Virus record (IMG/VR): IMGVR_UViG_3300009610_000008
Coordinates: 918-64,917 of that record
Reading direction: 5' to 3' (one strand)
Source: a virus
Lineage: Duplodnaviria; Caudoviricetes
DNA length: 64,000 nt
Each line of letters opens with the position of its first letter. Within the stretch, counting starts at the first letter, position 1. The notes under the pieces were generated by a model. That model was not told the DNA's origin and did no database searches. It saw nothing but the letters and a program-made list of their open reading frames with translations. Of this stretch, positions 18,145 to 27,883 are shown in pieces. The position numbers and the translations under genes are program-made.

Positions 18145-19614
18145 ATGGCAGTAGACTTTTGGCCGTATTTGACACGCGGTGTCGGTGGTAGGTGTAACCA
18201 GTGCATCTCCCGTCTCGACCACACCCAGGTGTCGCATGTCGTACCCCCATGTGGGCCAAGTGATGCTGAAGTAATATGCATTGGTGAGGCCCCCGGCGGA
18301 CAGGAACGTGATGAGCCATTCCAAGGCAATGCCGGGATGGAGTTGGACAACCACTACCTGCCACTGGCTAAGTTGGATCGCAGTGAGGTGTACATCACCA
18401 ACGTCTGTAAGTGCCGCCCACCGTCGAACCGCACCCCCAATGCCAGGGAGATCGACGCATGTAGCAGGCACTTCCTGGCACGGGAGTTGGACAGACTGTC
18501 ACCACGGCTTGTTGTACTGATGGGCGGTACAGCCAGTTCAATCATTGATGGCGACCCAATAGACCTGGAGAGTGATCATGGACGATTGTATAGAGGTACG
18601 ATACTGGGTCGGGGACCCTACGACATCTTCACCACATATCATCCGGCGCTGGGCCTCCACATCCCAGTACACATCGGCAACATCGAAGACGACTTTCGCA
18701 GTATCGAGTCGTTCCTCAGGGGGAGGTACACGGAGCCGGTTGACGAATGGGAAGGTGAGGAAGAGTATGTCTACTGGCATGAGTGGGGCAAGCAGCTATA
18801 TCCATCGCGCCCAGTATTCATAGACAGCGAGAGTGAGTATGGACAATTGTACTCATGGCAGTGTACACAGTTACCAGGCATGGGGGTGATGGCTAAGGAG
18901 TATGGGGCAACGTCGCATGAGATAGATGATATGAGACGGCACCTGCAACACATTGTCAATACATGTACCACACTGGTGATGCAGAACGCCATCGTGGAAG
19001 TGGCGGCCTTTCGACAGTTGGGTATCCACGTCGACTGGGCCAAGGTGATTGACACCATGCAGATTGCGTATCGCCGGGGGATGCCCCAAGGGTTGAAGCC
19101 ATTGGCACGTCGCCACTGTGGCATGAAGATGCAAAGTTACCTGGAGGTGACGAATAGAGCTAGTAAACGTAAAGTACAACAGTGGATTGTGGATGTTGTC
19201 GACCATCTCCCCGACTTAGTCACTAACCGCATTAGTGAGAAGACCGGCAAGTATCTCAAACCCAAACGTTCATCCAACCCAATGGTCGCGGTACTGGATG
19301 GGATGTTGCGATCCATGACCACCAATCCCAAATATGATCCGTGGAAACGCTGGAGGGAACATCGCGAGGAGTTACCCAGTGCCGCCACCCCAGCGGCGAT
19401 TGAGACGAAACGTAAGCAGTGGTATTGGCGGGAGTGGCTACTAGACCATGTTGGCAGTGATATGCCACAGCGGGGGTTACGTCACGTGGAGCCATCCATT
19501 GCCAAGTGGTATGCGGTACGTGACGCCGATGCCACCTGCCGGGTGTACTATACGATTGGCAAAGACCTGGATAGTCTATGGAAAGTGAGAGAGTATGACT
19601 GGAACAACCGATAG
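18145..19614 (+). CDS. Family-4 uracil-DNA glycosylase fused to a PolA-type 3'-5' exonuclease (N-terminal half of a split DNA polymerase)
   Basis: UDG: IGEAPG, PFQGNAG, YITNVCKCRPP, TYHPA. Exonuclease: FIDSE (ExoI), QNA..E (ExoII), DTM, GLKPLA, YAVRDADAT (ExoIII). Confidence 0.88.
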   Translation: MAVDFWPYLTRGVGGRCNQCISRLDHTQVSHVVPPCGPSDAEVICIGEAPGGQERDEPFQGNAGMELDNHYLPLAKLDRSEVYITNVCKCRPPSNRTPNAREIDACSRHFLARELDRLSPRLVVLMGGTASSIIDGDPIDLESDHGRLYRGTILGRGPYDIFTTYHPALGLHIPVHIGNIEDDFRSIESFLRGRYTEPVDEWEGEEEYVYWHEWGKQLYPSRPVFIDSESEYGQLYSWQCTQLPGMGVMAKEYGATSHEIDDMRRHLQHIVNTCTTLVMQNAIVEVAAFRQLGIHVDWAKVIDTMQIAYRRGMPQGLKPLARRHCGMKMQSYLEVTNRASKRKVQQWIVDVVDHLPDLVTNRISEKTGKYLKPKRSSNPMVAVLDGMLRSMTTNPKYDPWKRWREHREELPSAATPAAIETKRKQWYWREWLLDHVGSDMPQRGLRHVEPSIAKWYAVRDADATCRVYYTIGKDLDSLWKVREYDWNNR

Positions 19615-19873
19615 AGTAATCACGATGGAGGACCTCAACGTCGCCTCCATCAACCGCAAGGGCTTGGCACATGCCACCTACATGAAGGTAGACGTGCAAC
19701 TGGAGGTGTACCTGTTGAGTATCCTGAAGAGGATGGTGGACACCAGGGATAAGACTGACCTGTTTGCCATCCTCCACACGGTGATCGAGATTGCCATCCA
19801 AGCTGGCATTGACAGTGAGCGTAAACAGGTACATGACGCCATTGCCAAGGCCAGCGATGCTGTGGTAGACTAG
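19595..19873 (+). CDS. Hypothetical protein
   Basis: Operon packing. Confidence 0.55.
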   Translation: MTGTTDRVITMEDLNVASINRKGLAHATYMKVDVQLEVYLLSILKRMVDTRDKTDLFAILHTVIEIAIQAGIDSERKQVHDAIAKASDAVVD

Positions 19874-19912
19874 TACAGTTAAGTAGTTGATTCTAAAGGA
19901 GAACTAATCACA

Positions 19913-20395
19913 ATGAGAAAAGATACAATAGGCAAACCATTCATCACCCCTACCCCCGTGCGTTCCCTGGAGGAGCTGGCTAAACCCAAGGTGGAACTAG
20001 CCACTGCTGGCGAGATGGAGAGTTTGATACGCGAAAGACAAGGCTACAAGGCCCAGGAGAAGGTGGCCCTCAACCTCATCGCCAAAATCAACCCTGTCAT
20101 CTACTCGCACATGGCCCGGATGGAAGATGGTGTACAAATCCTGGTAGCCGACAGCCGTCTCCCCGAGGGCAAGGTATGGAAGGCGGTACTGGGGGGTGCG
20201 ACACGTACCACTGTCAACCTGCCAGCCCTCAAAATGTCAATGCTCGCCCATGGGATACAACCTGCCAAGATCGACACCATTCTCAACTACGAGGTGCAGG
20301 TCGTGGACGAGGAGACCGGGAAGTTGACCCTGACTCAAGTGGTTAAGACGTCTACTAGTGATAGTGTCAACATCCGCATGGTCAACGCCGGTTAG
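19913..20395 (+). CDS. Hypothetical protein
   Basis: AAGGAGAAC SD; stop lies inside a palindrome variant at 20391. Confidence 0.7.
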   Translation: MRKDTIGKPFITPTPVRSLEELAKPKVELATAGEMESLIRERQGYKAQEKVALNLIAKINPVIYSHMARMEDGVQILVADSRLPEGKVWKAVLGGATRTTVNLPALKMSMLAHGIQPAKIDTILNYEVQVVDEETGKLTLTQVVKTSTSDSVNIRMVNAG

Positions 20396-20400
20396 TCACT

Positions 20401-20571
20401 ATGAAGGCAACCGAACTGATCGACAGGCTAAAGCGTCTTGTAGATACCTACGGGGACCAGCCCCTACGGGTAAACACCGAGGATGGTTACGCCCAGGTAC
20501 AGGACGTGGCGCTAACCACTGATGACGACTACGCCTTCTACGGCTTCCAGATAGAAGTAGGCGGTCGTTAG
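20401..20571 (+). CDS. Small hypothetical protein (56 aa, MKATELIDRLKRLVDTYGDQPL...)
   Basis: Not in the ORF track; read manually. Phage-like N-terminus, bracketed by palindrome copies at both ends. Confidence 0.6.
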   Translation: MKATELIDRLKRLVDTYGDQPLRVNTEDGYAQVQDVALTTDDDYAFYGFQIEVGGR

Positions 20572-20689
20572 TCACTAACAATTCGCTGGATGTCGCGCCC
20601 ACCTGTGGGCCTTACGCCAGCGCGGGGGCGGTGAGATAAGCCATGTTAAGGGTGGCCGCCGTCCCCAACTATTACCAAGGAGAACAACC

Positions 20690-20968
20690 ATGATGAGCAA
20701 AACGTGGTCTGGCACGGAAGACATGGACGATGATTTGAATGGAGAACCAATCATGAACGACGAAGAGATATTGAACCGTATGCGCGAGGCCATCGCCTGC
20801 CTGGAGGAAGCCACCTTCGCCATACCCATTGAGGACCGGCAACAGTCTAAGTTGCGTAACCGCATCCAGGACGCCTACTGCCGGTTGGTGGAGGCACGCG
20901 AGGAGATGAGTGTACGTATTACAGTACAGGACAACGCCCGTAAGGCCATCGAAAGGATGTCACGATGA
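20690..20968 (+). CDS. Hypothetical helical protein
   Basis: GGAGAAC SDs before both ATG 20690 and ATG 20753; start ambiguous. Confidence 0.6.
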   Translation: MMSKTWSGTEDMDDDLNGEPIMNDEEILNRMREAIACLEEATFAIPIEDRQQSKLRNRIQDAYCRLVEAREEMSVRITVQDNARKAIERMSR

Positions 20969-21531
20969 TGACCCCCGCAGAACGCGCACATCTAGCTCAG
21001 GTTGCCGCCTATGGGGTGAAGCCCACCAATGCCCTGTTCCCTGTGATAGGGGACATGTTCAACGCCCACTGGGAGAGATGTGATGCACTGTTAGTCACTA
21101 CCAACGCCCACAAACGCACCGACCACTCTATCGTCATGGGCCGGGGTGCGGCGAAACAACTGGCCCTGATGGTCGATGGCATAGACGTGGACTTTGGTAG
21201 ACAGATTGACCACCTCAAACCCTATGGCATAGTGTGGAGTAAGTTCGAGATCGAGGACGGCGACTGGGTTGTCCCCAACATCGGCGCATTCCAGGTCAAA
21301 CGTTCCTTCAAGGACAAGGCCAGCATTGATTTGATCGAGCGTAGTTGTGTCATGCTCGACAAGTGGTGCCGCCAACATCCACGTGCGAAGGTGCGGTTAA
21401 ACTACCCAGGTATTGGCAACGGTGGCCTCAGTGAGGATGAGGTGAGACCAATACTTGAGGAGTGCCTGAACATGCGACAGGTATCAATCTGGAAATGTCC
21501 CGTAGTGGACGAGGTGGTGGTTGGTGACTAA
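20965..21531 (+). CDS. Macrodomain (ADP-ribose binding/hydrolase, DarG/TARG1-like) protein
   Basis: GDMF, LVTTN, VMGRGAAKQ, FQVK..F, YPGIGNGGL. Confidence 0.85.
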   Translation: MMTPAERAHLAQVAAYGVKPTNALFPVIGDMFNAHWERCDALLVTTNAHKRTDHSIVMGRGAAKQLALMVDGIDVDFGRQIDHLKPYGIVWSKFEIEDGDWVVPNIGAFQVKRSFKDKASIDLIERSCVMLDKWCRQHPRAKVRLNYPGIGNGGLSEDEVRPILEECLNMRQVSIWKCPVVDEVVVGD

Positions 21532-21625
21532 CCACTGTGACCCGTGCTTTCTACTGGGGCTTGGCATAGGCATATTGCTCGTCCACTGGTGGCATTACTG
21601 GCATAGAGACAAGAGGTAACCATCC

Positions 21626-21820
21626 ATGCCCATTAAGCGATTCATGCTGTTCGCCTACGACGCCTTCTACCCCAGCGGCGGGTGGAGTGACTTCCGTGGG
21701 TCATTCAATACTCTCGACGAGGCTGTCGCCGCCTGGGTGGCACTACACCGGGAACGCCTGCTCGACTACTACCAGATTGTTGACCTGCACACTGGTGAGG
21801 AGATTGAGGTTAGGGGTTAG
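21626..21820 (+). CDS. Small phage protein
   Basis: GAGG SD; KRFMLFAYD.FYPSGGW.DF..SF pattern. Confidence 0.65.
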   Translation: MPIKRFMLFAYDAFYPSGGWSDFRGSFNTLDEAVAAWVALHRERLLDYYQIVDLHTGEEIEVRG

Positions 21821-21828
21821 TGACTAAC

Positions 21829-23346
21829 ATGTACATCCCATCACGAGTACGACACCCGTCGTTCACCAACACCCAGGCCCTCGACCGCTTGCCCATGCCC
21901 ACCATCGAGGACATGATGAACCTCGGCGTGGCCATCGACGTCCCCTACCTTGCCACCCTCGCCGAGGAAATGCGTGATATGATGGAGACACTCTCTGCCA
22001 AGGTTAGACGACGGGTTCCGGCTGACAAGCTGGCTGAGTTTCTCGGCGCTGATGATGACACCGTTGACGCCGAGAATAGTGGGGAGGTGACCTCCTGGTC
22101 ACAGGTGGGGCAACCAGAGTCATTCCTGGGACGCTTTAAAATCACCTCCCCCGAACAGATCGCCTGGTTTTTATTTGACAACCTGGGCATTGGCAAGGGA
22201 CGACAGTTAGTCACTACCCCAGATGGCAGTAGGATAAGCACTGGTAAAAAGCAGTTAGAGGCACTCAAGTCTGAGCATGAAGCGATCCAGGAGATTCTTG
22301 CGTTTAGGGAAGTACACAAACTCTACACCACCTACGTCGTCAAACTCCCCCGCATTGCCCGACACCATCCTAAGGGCCGCCATTGCCCTGTATGTGGTCA
22401 TACTCATCGTGAGCCTAGTGATCGAGTACATTCGACAATAGTAGCCACCAGGACCGACACTGGTCGCTTGGCAGGACGACGGCCCAACCTCATGAACATC
22501 GCTGTACGCAGTCCACTAGGCGCGAGGGTACGTGCGGGATTCATCCCCAGCCATGGCATGTCCCTGGTCAGCGCAGACTACAGCCAGATTGAACTACGTA
22601 TCCTCGCCAGTGAGAGTGCCGACCCGTTCATGATGAGGTGTTTCCTCGATGGCCGCGACATACACGCGGAGTCCACCCTGGAAGCGATGGGCATTCGTGA
22701 CAAGGTAGGGTTTGATCCCAAGTCCAAGGCGATCTATCCACTCACCCCCGGTGCCGCCATCCCCACCATTCAGGAGTTCATGACAATGAGGGCAGGGATG
22801 AAGAACGCCAACTTTGGCATAGTCTATGGGATTACGTGGATGGGACTCCAGGCTCAACTTGTACTGATAGGTATCTATTGGAGTAAGGAACAGACAATCG
22901 CCTTTATCGAGGAGACATGGCACAAGGTGTTCATGTCCATCCGGCCCTATATGCGTGAGCAGGAGTATCGGGCCAGGAAGTATGGGTTCGTCTGGGACCT
23001 GATGGGAAGTATCCGGTACATCCACGGCATACGCAGTGCTGTCAAACGAGTCGTCGCCGAGAGTGTCCGCCAAGCTGGTAACATGCCCATCCAAAGTGCC
23101 GGTTCCGCTTTCCTCAAGATCGCCATGTGGACGTTACGTGGAGTGTACGACAAGTTTAGGGCGGCGGGATATGAGGTGAACTTTCTTATGCCGGTTCATG
23201 ACGAGATTGTAAGTGAATGTGACACAGCCATCGCTGAGGAACTCAAGGTTGCCACTGTCAAGTGTATGGCGGATGTCAACCAGTACACCCAACTGCTGGT
23301 ACCAGTCATGGCTGAGGGCAAGGTAACCAGTAGATGGACCAAGTGA
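21829..23346 (+). CDS. polA: DNA polymerase family A, polymerase domain only
   Basis: TGRL, PNLMNI, motif A ADYSQIELRILA, motif B RAGMKNANFGIVYG, NMPIQ, motif C VHDEI. Start ATG 21829 or GTG 21820. Confidence 0.95.
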   Translation: MYIPSRVRHPSFTNTQALDRLPMPTIEDMMNLGVAIDVPYLATLAEEMRDMMETLSAKVRRRVPADKLAEFLGADDDTVDAENSGEVTSWSQVGQPESFLGRFKITSPEQIAWFLFDNLGIGKGRQLVTTPDGSRISTGKKQLEALKSEHEAIQEILAFREVHKLYTTYVVKLPRIARHHPKGRHCPVCGHTHREPSDRVHSTIVATRTDTGRLAGRRPNLMNIAVRSPLGARVRAGFIPSHGMSLVSADYSQIELRILASESADPFMMRCFLDGRDIHAESTLEAMGIRDKVGFDPKSKAIYPLTPGAAIPTIQEFMTMRAGMKNANFGIVYGITWMGLQAQLVLIGIYWSKEQTIAFIEETWHKVFMSIRPYMREQEYRARKYGFVWDLMGSIRYIHGIRSAVKRVVAESVRQAGNMPIQSAGSAFLKIAMWTLRGVYDKFRAAGYEVNFLMPVHDEIVSECDTAIAEELKVATVKCMADVNQYTQLLVPVMAEGKVTSRWTK

Positions 23347-23373
23347 CACAACGTTAGTGACTAACTGGGGGTA

Positions 23374-23460
23374 CGGGGGCAAGCCCCCGAGTGACTAACT
23401 AAATAAAAAATGGGTGGGCAACCCAGGGAAGATATGAGGGAAACCTGGATCGCCCACCCG
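23374..23460. terminator. Terminator region between convergent transcription units
   Basis: Hairpin CGGGGG-CAAG-CCCCCG 23374-23389. On the - strand, a long stem GGGTGGGCGATCCAGG/CCTGGGTTGCCCACCC is followed by a U-tract (23401-23460). Confidence 0.75.
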
Positions 23461-23507
23461 GTCGTTGTTGTTTAGAAATCTCCTGGAGGGGAGATGGTTG
23501 GACTATA

Positions 23508-24206
23508 CTACACTACTCGACGGCGTTTTGCAAGGTAAATTCCAACCAGCCCAACCCCCATGAGTGCATACGTCCCCGGCTCGGGCACCTCCGGTTCACA
23601 GTTCTCGGTGCAGAACGGGTCAATCCCCGGCCCCACGTAGAACTGGTCAATGAGTGAGATACTCGCATACCCCAGCCCATCGGTGTCACTGCCCACCAGG
23701 AAGATATCCTTGGTGATCTTGAGGAAATGGTAGGCGTTGTCGAGGAGGATCGCATCGGCGAGGGGTCCGCTGGGTGCATCGACCTGCCCTTGCCCCGCAA
23801 CGTGGAGAAACGGCGTAATGGCAATGACGGTCTCGACGACCTGGGCAAACGACGAGTCACCGACGACTGCCCCATTAAACAACAACCCCACTGCCCCAAT
23901 CGCCGGCACCGACAGCAGGTCATAGCCTACCAGGAAGTCGGCAGTGGCAAACCCACCACCCGGATTAAGTGCGGTGAACCCACCGGCAAAGTGGAGTTGA
24001 TTGCCCACCAGCGTGACATCAATGCCACTCGCATCAAGTGGCGCACACACGCCGGTCCCGCCGCAGGTGCGGATGAACGTGAAGTTATCGACGGTGATGT
24101 TGGCATTCGACAAGCTACCCCCGGCCACCAGGGTGGACAATAGCGTCGCCCCCAGGTTGAGACTGGACAAGGCCAGTATCGCGGACACAAGCACAAAGCG
24201 TTTCAT
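23508..24206 (-). CDS. PEP-CTERM sorting-domain surface protein
   Basis: Signal peptide MKRFVLVSAILALSSLNLGA; C-terminal VPEPGTYALMGVGLVGIYLAKRRR. Confidence 0.92.
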   Translation of the reverse strand: MKRFVLVSAILALSSLNLGATLLSTLVAGGSLSNANITVDNFTFIRTCGGTGVCAPLDASGIDVTLVGNQLHFAGGFTALNPGGGFATADFLVGYDLLSVPAIGAVGLLFNGAVVGDSSFAQVVETVIAITPFLHVAGQGQVDAPSGPLADAILLDNAYHFLKITKDIFLVGSDTDGLGYASISLIDQFYVGPGIDPFCTENCEPEVPEPGTYALMGVGLVGIYLAKRRRVV

Positions 24207-24340
24207 ACAGTAACTACATTTCCCTTCTAGATTGCCGCCGGTCCTGGAAACCGAACGTTCATGGGCCTCCAGGCAGACAGCTGATATAGTGTACCACAAC
24301 GTATCAAAATGGTGAGAGTGAGTCACTAACTGGGGTCCAC

Positions 24341-27300
24341 CTACTGCAACTTCCCCGCCCCGGTAATGGTTGCCCCACCGGTAATAGCCGTCCCTGTACC
24401 AACCGGTGCCGCTGACACGACTATTGACAGTGCCGCCGTATCGGCTGGTGCGGCAATACTATCAGTGCAACTCACGGTGAAGTTGGACGTCCCCGCCGTG
24501 GTAGGTGTGCCGCTAATGGTTGCCACACTAATGGTCAACCCGTTAGGTAAACTACCCACGGGGATGGAACAGTTGTATGGGGGATTCCCCCCGGTGATGG
24601 CCAGTGTCTGCGAATACCCGCTCCCCACTGTGCCGTCAGGTAGGCTGGTGGTGGTAATATCAATCGCCGCCGCCACTGTCCCCGCAGTAATCGACCCAGC
24701 CGGTACCCCAGGGCAAAACATGGTCCTGTCCGTCCCCAGTGTCATGGTCTCGCAGCCGGTTACCACCACCCCGTTCCTATACATGGCATAGGAACCCGCC
24801 GCCGCACCGCTCACCAGTATGTCGTTGGTGGCGGTAGTGGTAAACGCAGGCACTGTCGTGGGCGAGGCGTCCGCCCTGGCTACCAGGAACGCCTGCCCAT
24901 GACATTCCTTGCCCATCCAGCCGGTAGGGTTCAACGCATTGCACGATATGGTTGTCGTCCCCGTGCCATTGAGTAGTCGATGCGCGGCCACCACCTCCAT
25001 GATGTTGACATTCCCATTTGGCCCGTAGGTGAAGCGGGAGGTATAGCCGAATCCACCAGGATAACTGCCGCTGGCATTGTCCACCCGCAGTGTCCCGGCC
25101 GATGGAAAGCTGTAGTCCGAGATGATCGTATTCACCGGACTCTGCGACAGGATCTGCCCACTGGGGCAATCAAGCGAGACTAGTCCGCCAATGCATGACG
25201 TATTCCCTTCCGTATACGAGGGGGTGGTACCGGCAGTCTGGCCATTTTGTGTGTAATGGGTATACCCCACCATGGGGATTGAGGTGGACGCCGCCGCATC
25301 CGCGATGACAAACACCATCCCCGGTCCACCGGCCTTGCCCATGTGCGCCACCCATTGGTACTCCCGTGTCAATGTCGCCGCAGTGGTGGACCCGCGCATA
25401 TTGGCCCTCCATGTCACATACCGGTTACTGGCATCCACCTTGTACCTGTCCATGTACGCCCCTGTCTCGCCCACATCCCCCAGGAACTGCTTGACGGCCC
25501 CAATATTGAGCGTAGACATACGTCCATTGGGAAACTGCCCATTGGTGCCATCATCACAATCCGGGCTATCATCGCCGACTAAGCAGTTGCCTATGTTCCG
25601 CACCGCCCCACCCTGGATGTGGAGGTCACCATGTTGGGCGCTGTCGTGGTCGACAAAAAACACTGCCGAGATCATGCTGATTAGCCAATCCGTATTCGCA
25701 GCGGCAATGGAGAACCCAGTGCGTGACGCGGCCCACGCCAACGCTGGAGTAGACACAGTTGGTGGACAGTACTTCATCCCCACTGCCGAGCAACCGGCGA
25801 ACCCCTCGTTGGTAAATACCCGCCCAGTCAACGGTGGGTCCTCATACGCGGGGGCGTTGGGGTTCCAACCCATGAATCCCATCCACGGATACCTACCGGA
25901 ACTATACCCAAAGTAGAGGGCGTTCAAGCCCTGCGACTGTCTAAATAACCATGCTCTCCACCACTTGTCCTGCGGGGTACCCTCGATTAACCGGGGGATG
26001 ATGTATATCTCGGGATTATGCACGGCTCTCATATCATCTGGTGCCTGCCCATAGAGGAGCCAATACCTGCCATAATTTTGGGCCGCACCGCCATTGCCTG
26101 TCTCATTCGGCGATGCGCCATAGACAGCCGCTTCCGCCAGGGAGTTGACAAAAGGAGTCCACCCAATATCCGGGTAGTCAGTGTAGTTCTTGAGAATGAA
26201 TATCGGCTCCAGCAACATGGGGTACGACCTACCCCTGCCGTAGAGAGAACCGTGAGTGAGACCGCTGCGGGACATGAAGAACGCCATGGCATTGTCGTAG
26301 TACGCCGCCCATGATCTCTGTGCAAAATCCCTGGCGGTGGGCGAGATGTCCACGAACGTCATGCTTACCACGAACGTTCCCCATAGCTGGGTGAGGATCA
26401 GGTTATTGGTCTGGCCCCAAAGGGACTGGGCATTGGCAAAGTTACTATACTTCCCGCCCGGTGTGCCATAGCTTAGGGTGGTGTTATTGTGGTGCTGCTG
26501 CCACTCGATGATCCCGCAGTTAAGGGCGGTCATGCGGGGAACCCAACTCCAACTGGACGTGGTAGTGGACTTGGGTTGCGTGGACGTTAATGTCGGGGTG
26601 TTGGTGCCCCCGCCTGTCGATATCCTGCTCATGTCGCCCTCGTCGGTGGAGGTTGACCAGAAGATGAGGTCGCCATTGGACAGGGCAGACAGGTTGGAGC
26701 CATTGCCGGTCAGCGAGGTGCCAGCCGCCGTGATCGACCCGCTACCCACTGTCTTGGTTGGGTACACACAACCCTCGGCTTCCTGGGCGAATACTTTACG
26801 CTCCCATAATGTGAACTCGGCGGAGGTGCATTGCCCCGCAATGTTGACAAATGTCCCCAGTGGCGCACATAGTATCCGTACCGCTTTGGCCGCTTGATCC
26901 ATGGAGGTGCGGCTATAGTCCAGGGACGAGCGGTTGTTGGGTTCGCACAGGTTCTGCGTCTTGTCACAGAACGTATTGCCAAACACCACGTCCTCGACTT
27001 GTAACAGGGCAATGCGTGCCTTGGTCAATGCCGTGGCATCACGGGTAATGAACCACTTGATGGCCGCGCCCAACTGGTTGGCCATATAGGTACTGCCATC
27101 GGGTGCGGTGTCGGCATTGTAGGTAGCCGGGGTCCAGCTAGTGACTTGGTCTGACATTTGCGTCCAGAGTGTGTTATTTGTCTGGGCGTACTTGGAGAGG
27201 GTTAATCCAGTCTCGGTGTAGACCCCGTTGCCCACGCTGGCGGTATTGATGGTGAAGGTGTTGGCAGTATCATTCTTGGACTGGACGATATATGTCCCAT

Positions 27301-27883
27301 TGAGATCCACATCACCAGTGGCTAACCATATGCCAATCCTGGATGTAGTAGGCGTCAATTCATCAGTGTACCCATCGGCGACAGTGATGGTTGCGACGTT
27401 GCTAGTCACCGAGATGGAGACGAGACAGGGGTCGGCGGTATCAATGGCACAGCGTAAACGTCTGGTCATCGTCCCACCGGGGCCATCGAGCAATCCAAAC
27501 TTAGTCACTAACGTCGCCCTGGCCTTGCCGTTGACATAGTTACGATTGGGTTCTGTCCAACTGCCGCAACCAGTACCCGCCACGTTGACATCACCAGTGG
27601 TCTTGAGATCCAGGGTGGTGGTGGTGACTGCGGCCACCTTGAATAGACCAGTAAGGACAGTGCAATTCTTGTCCTCATTACTAGTCACCCAATAATCATT
27701 CACTGCCAAGCCGGTCCAGGCGGCATTAGTAGTGAGGCGTATGGGTGTAGTGGTAGATACTCCAGTGACTCTCACTGCCCCCGCCGGTGTGCCGTATCGC
27801 AGGTAGATGGTCACCGGGTCGGCCACCAGGGGCTTGGCCATGAGGAGTAGGCACAGGTTAGTGACTAACTTGATATTGGTCAT
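24341..27883 (-). CDS. Large tailspike/depolymerase-like protein (polysaccharide lyase, heparinase II/III-like; C-terminal He_PIG Ig domain)
   Basis: Start ATG 27883 coupled to the upstream stop; signal-peptide-like N-terminus; aromatic-rich helical core; DHDSAQHGDLHI; ITTTSLPDGTVGSGYSQTLAITGGNPPY Ig repeat. The lyase call is tentative. Confidence 0.6.
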   Translation of the reverse strand: MTNIKLVTNLCLLLMAKPLVADPVTIYLRYGTPAGAVRVTGVSTTTPIRLTTNAAWTGLAVNDYWVTSNEDKNCTVLTGLFKVAAVTTTTLDLKTTGDVNVAGTGCGSWTEPNRNYVNGKARATLVTKFGLLDGPGGTMTRRLRCAIDTADPCLVSISVTSNVATITVADGYTDELTPTTSRIGIWLATGDVDLNGTYIVQSKNDTANTFTINTASVGNGVYTETGLTLSKYAQTNNTLWTQMSDQVTSWTPATYNADTAPDGSTYMANQLGAAIKWFITRDATALTKARIALLQVEDVVFGNTFCDKTQNLCEPNNRSSLDYSRTSMDQAAKAVRILCAPLGTFVNIAGQCTSAEFTLWERKVFAQEAEGCVYPTKTVGSGSITAAGTSLTGNGSNLSALSNGDLIFWSTSTDEGDMSRISTGGGTNTPTLTSTQPKSTTTSSWSWVPRMTALNCGIIEWQQHHNNTTLSYGTPGGKYSNFANAQSLWGQTNNLILTQLWGTFVVSMTFVDISPTARDFAQRSWAAYYDNAMAFFMSRSGLTHGSLYGRGRSYPMLLEPIFILKNYTDYPDIGWTPFVNSLAEAAVYGASPNETGNGGAAQNYGRYWLLYGQAPDDMRAVHNPEIYIIPRLIEGTPQDKWWRAWLFRQSQGLNALYFGYSSGRYPWMGFMGWNPNAPAYEDPPLTGRVFTNEGFAGCSAVGMKYCPPTVSTPALAWAASRTGFSIAAANTDWLISMISAVFFVDHDSAQHGDLHIQGGAVRNIGNCLVGDDSPDCDDGTNGQFPNGRMSTLNIGAVKQFLGDVGETGAYMDRYKVDASNRYVTWRANMRGSTTAATLTREYQWVAHMGKAGGPGMVFVIADAAASTSIPMVGYTHYTQNGQTAGTTPSYTEGNTSCIGGLVSLDCPSGQILSQSPVNTIISDYSFPSAGTLRVDNASGSYPGGFGYTSRFTYGPNGNVNIMEVVAAHRLLNGTGTTTISCNALNPTGWMGKECHGQAFLVARADASPTTVPAFTTTATNDILVSGAAAGSYAMYRNGVVVTGCETMTLGTDRTMFCPGVPAGSITAGTVAAAIDITTTSLPDGTVGSGYSQTLAITGGNPPYNCSIPVGSLPNGLTISVATISGTPTTAGTSNFTVSCTDSIAAPADTAALSIVVSAAPVGTGTAITGGATITGAGKLQ

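Noticed and set aside
19615-21828. Group I intron or intein interrupting the DNA polymerase
   Set aside because: The interval is filled with ordinary small genes; no intron core or homing endonuclease motif is seen, and neither half shows intein termini.
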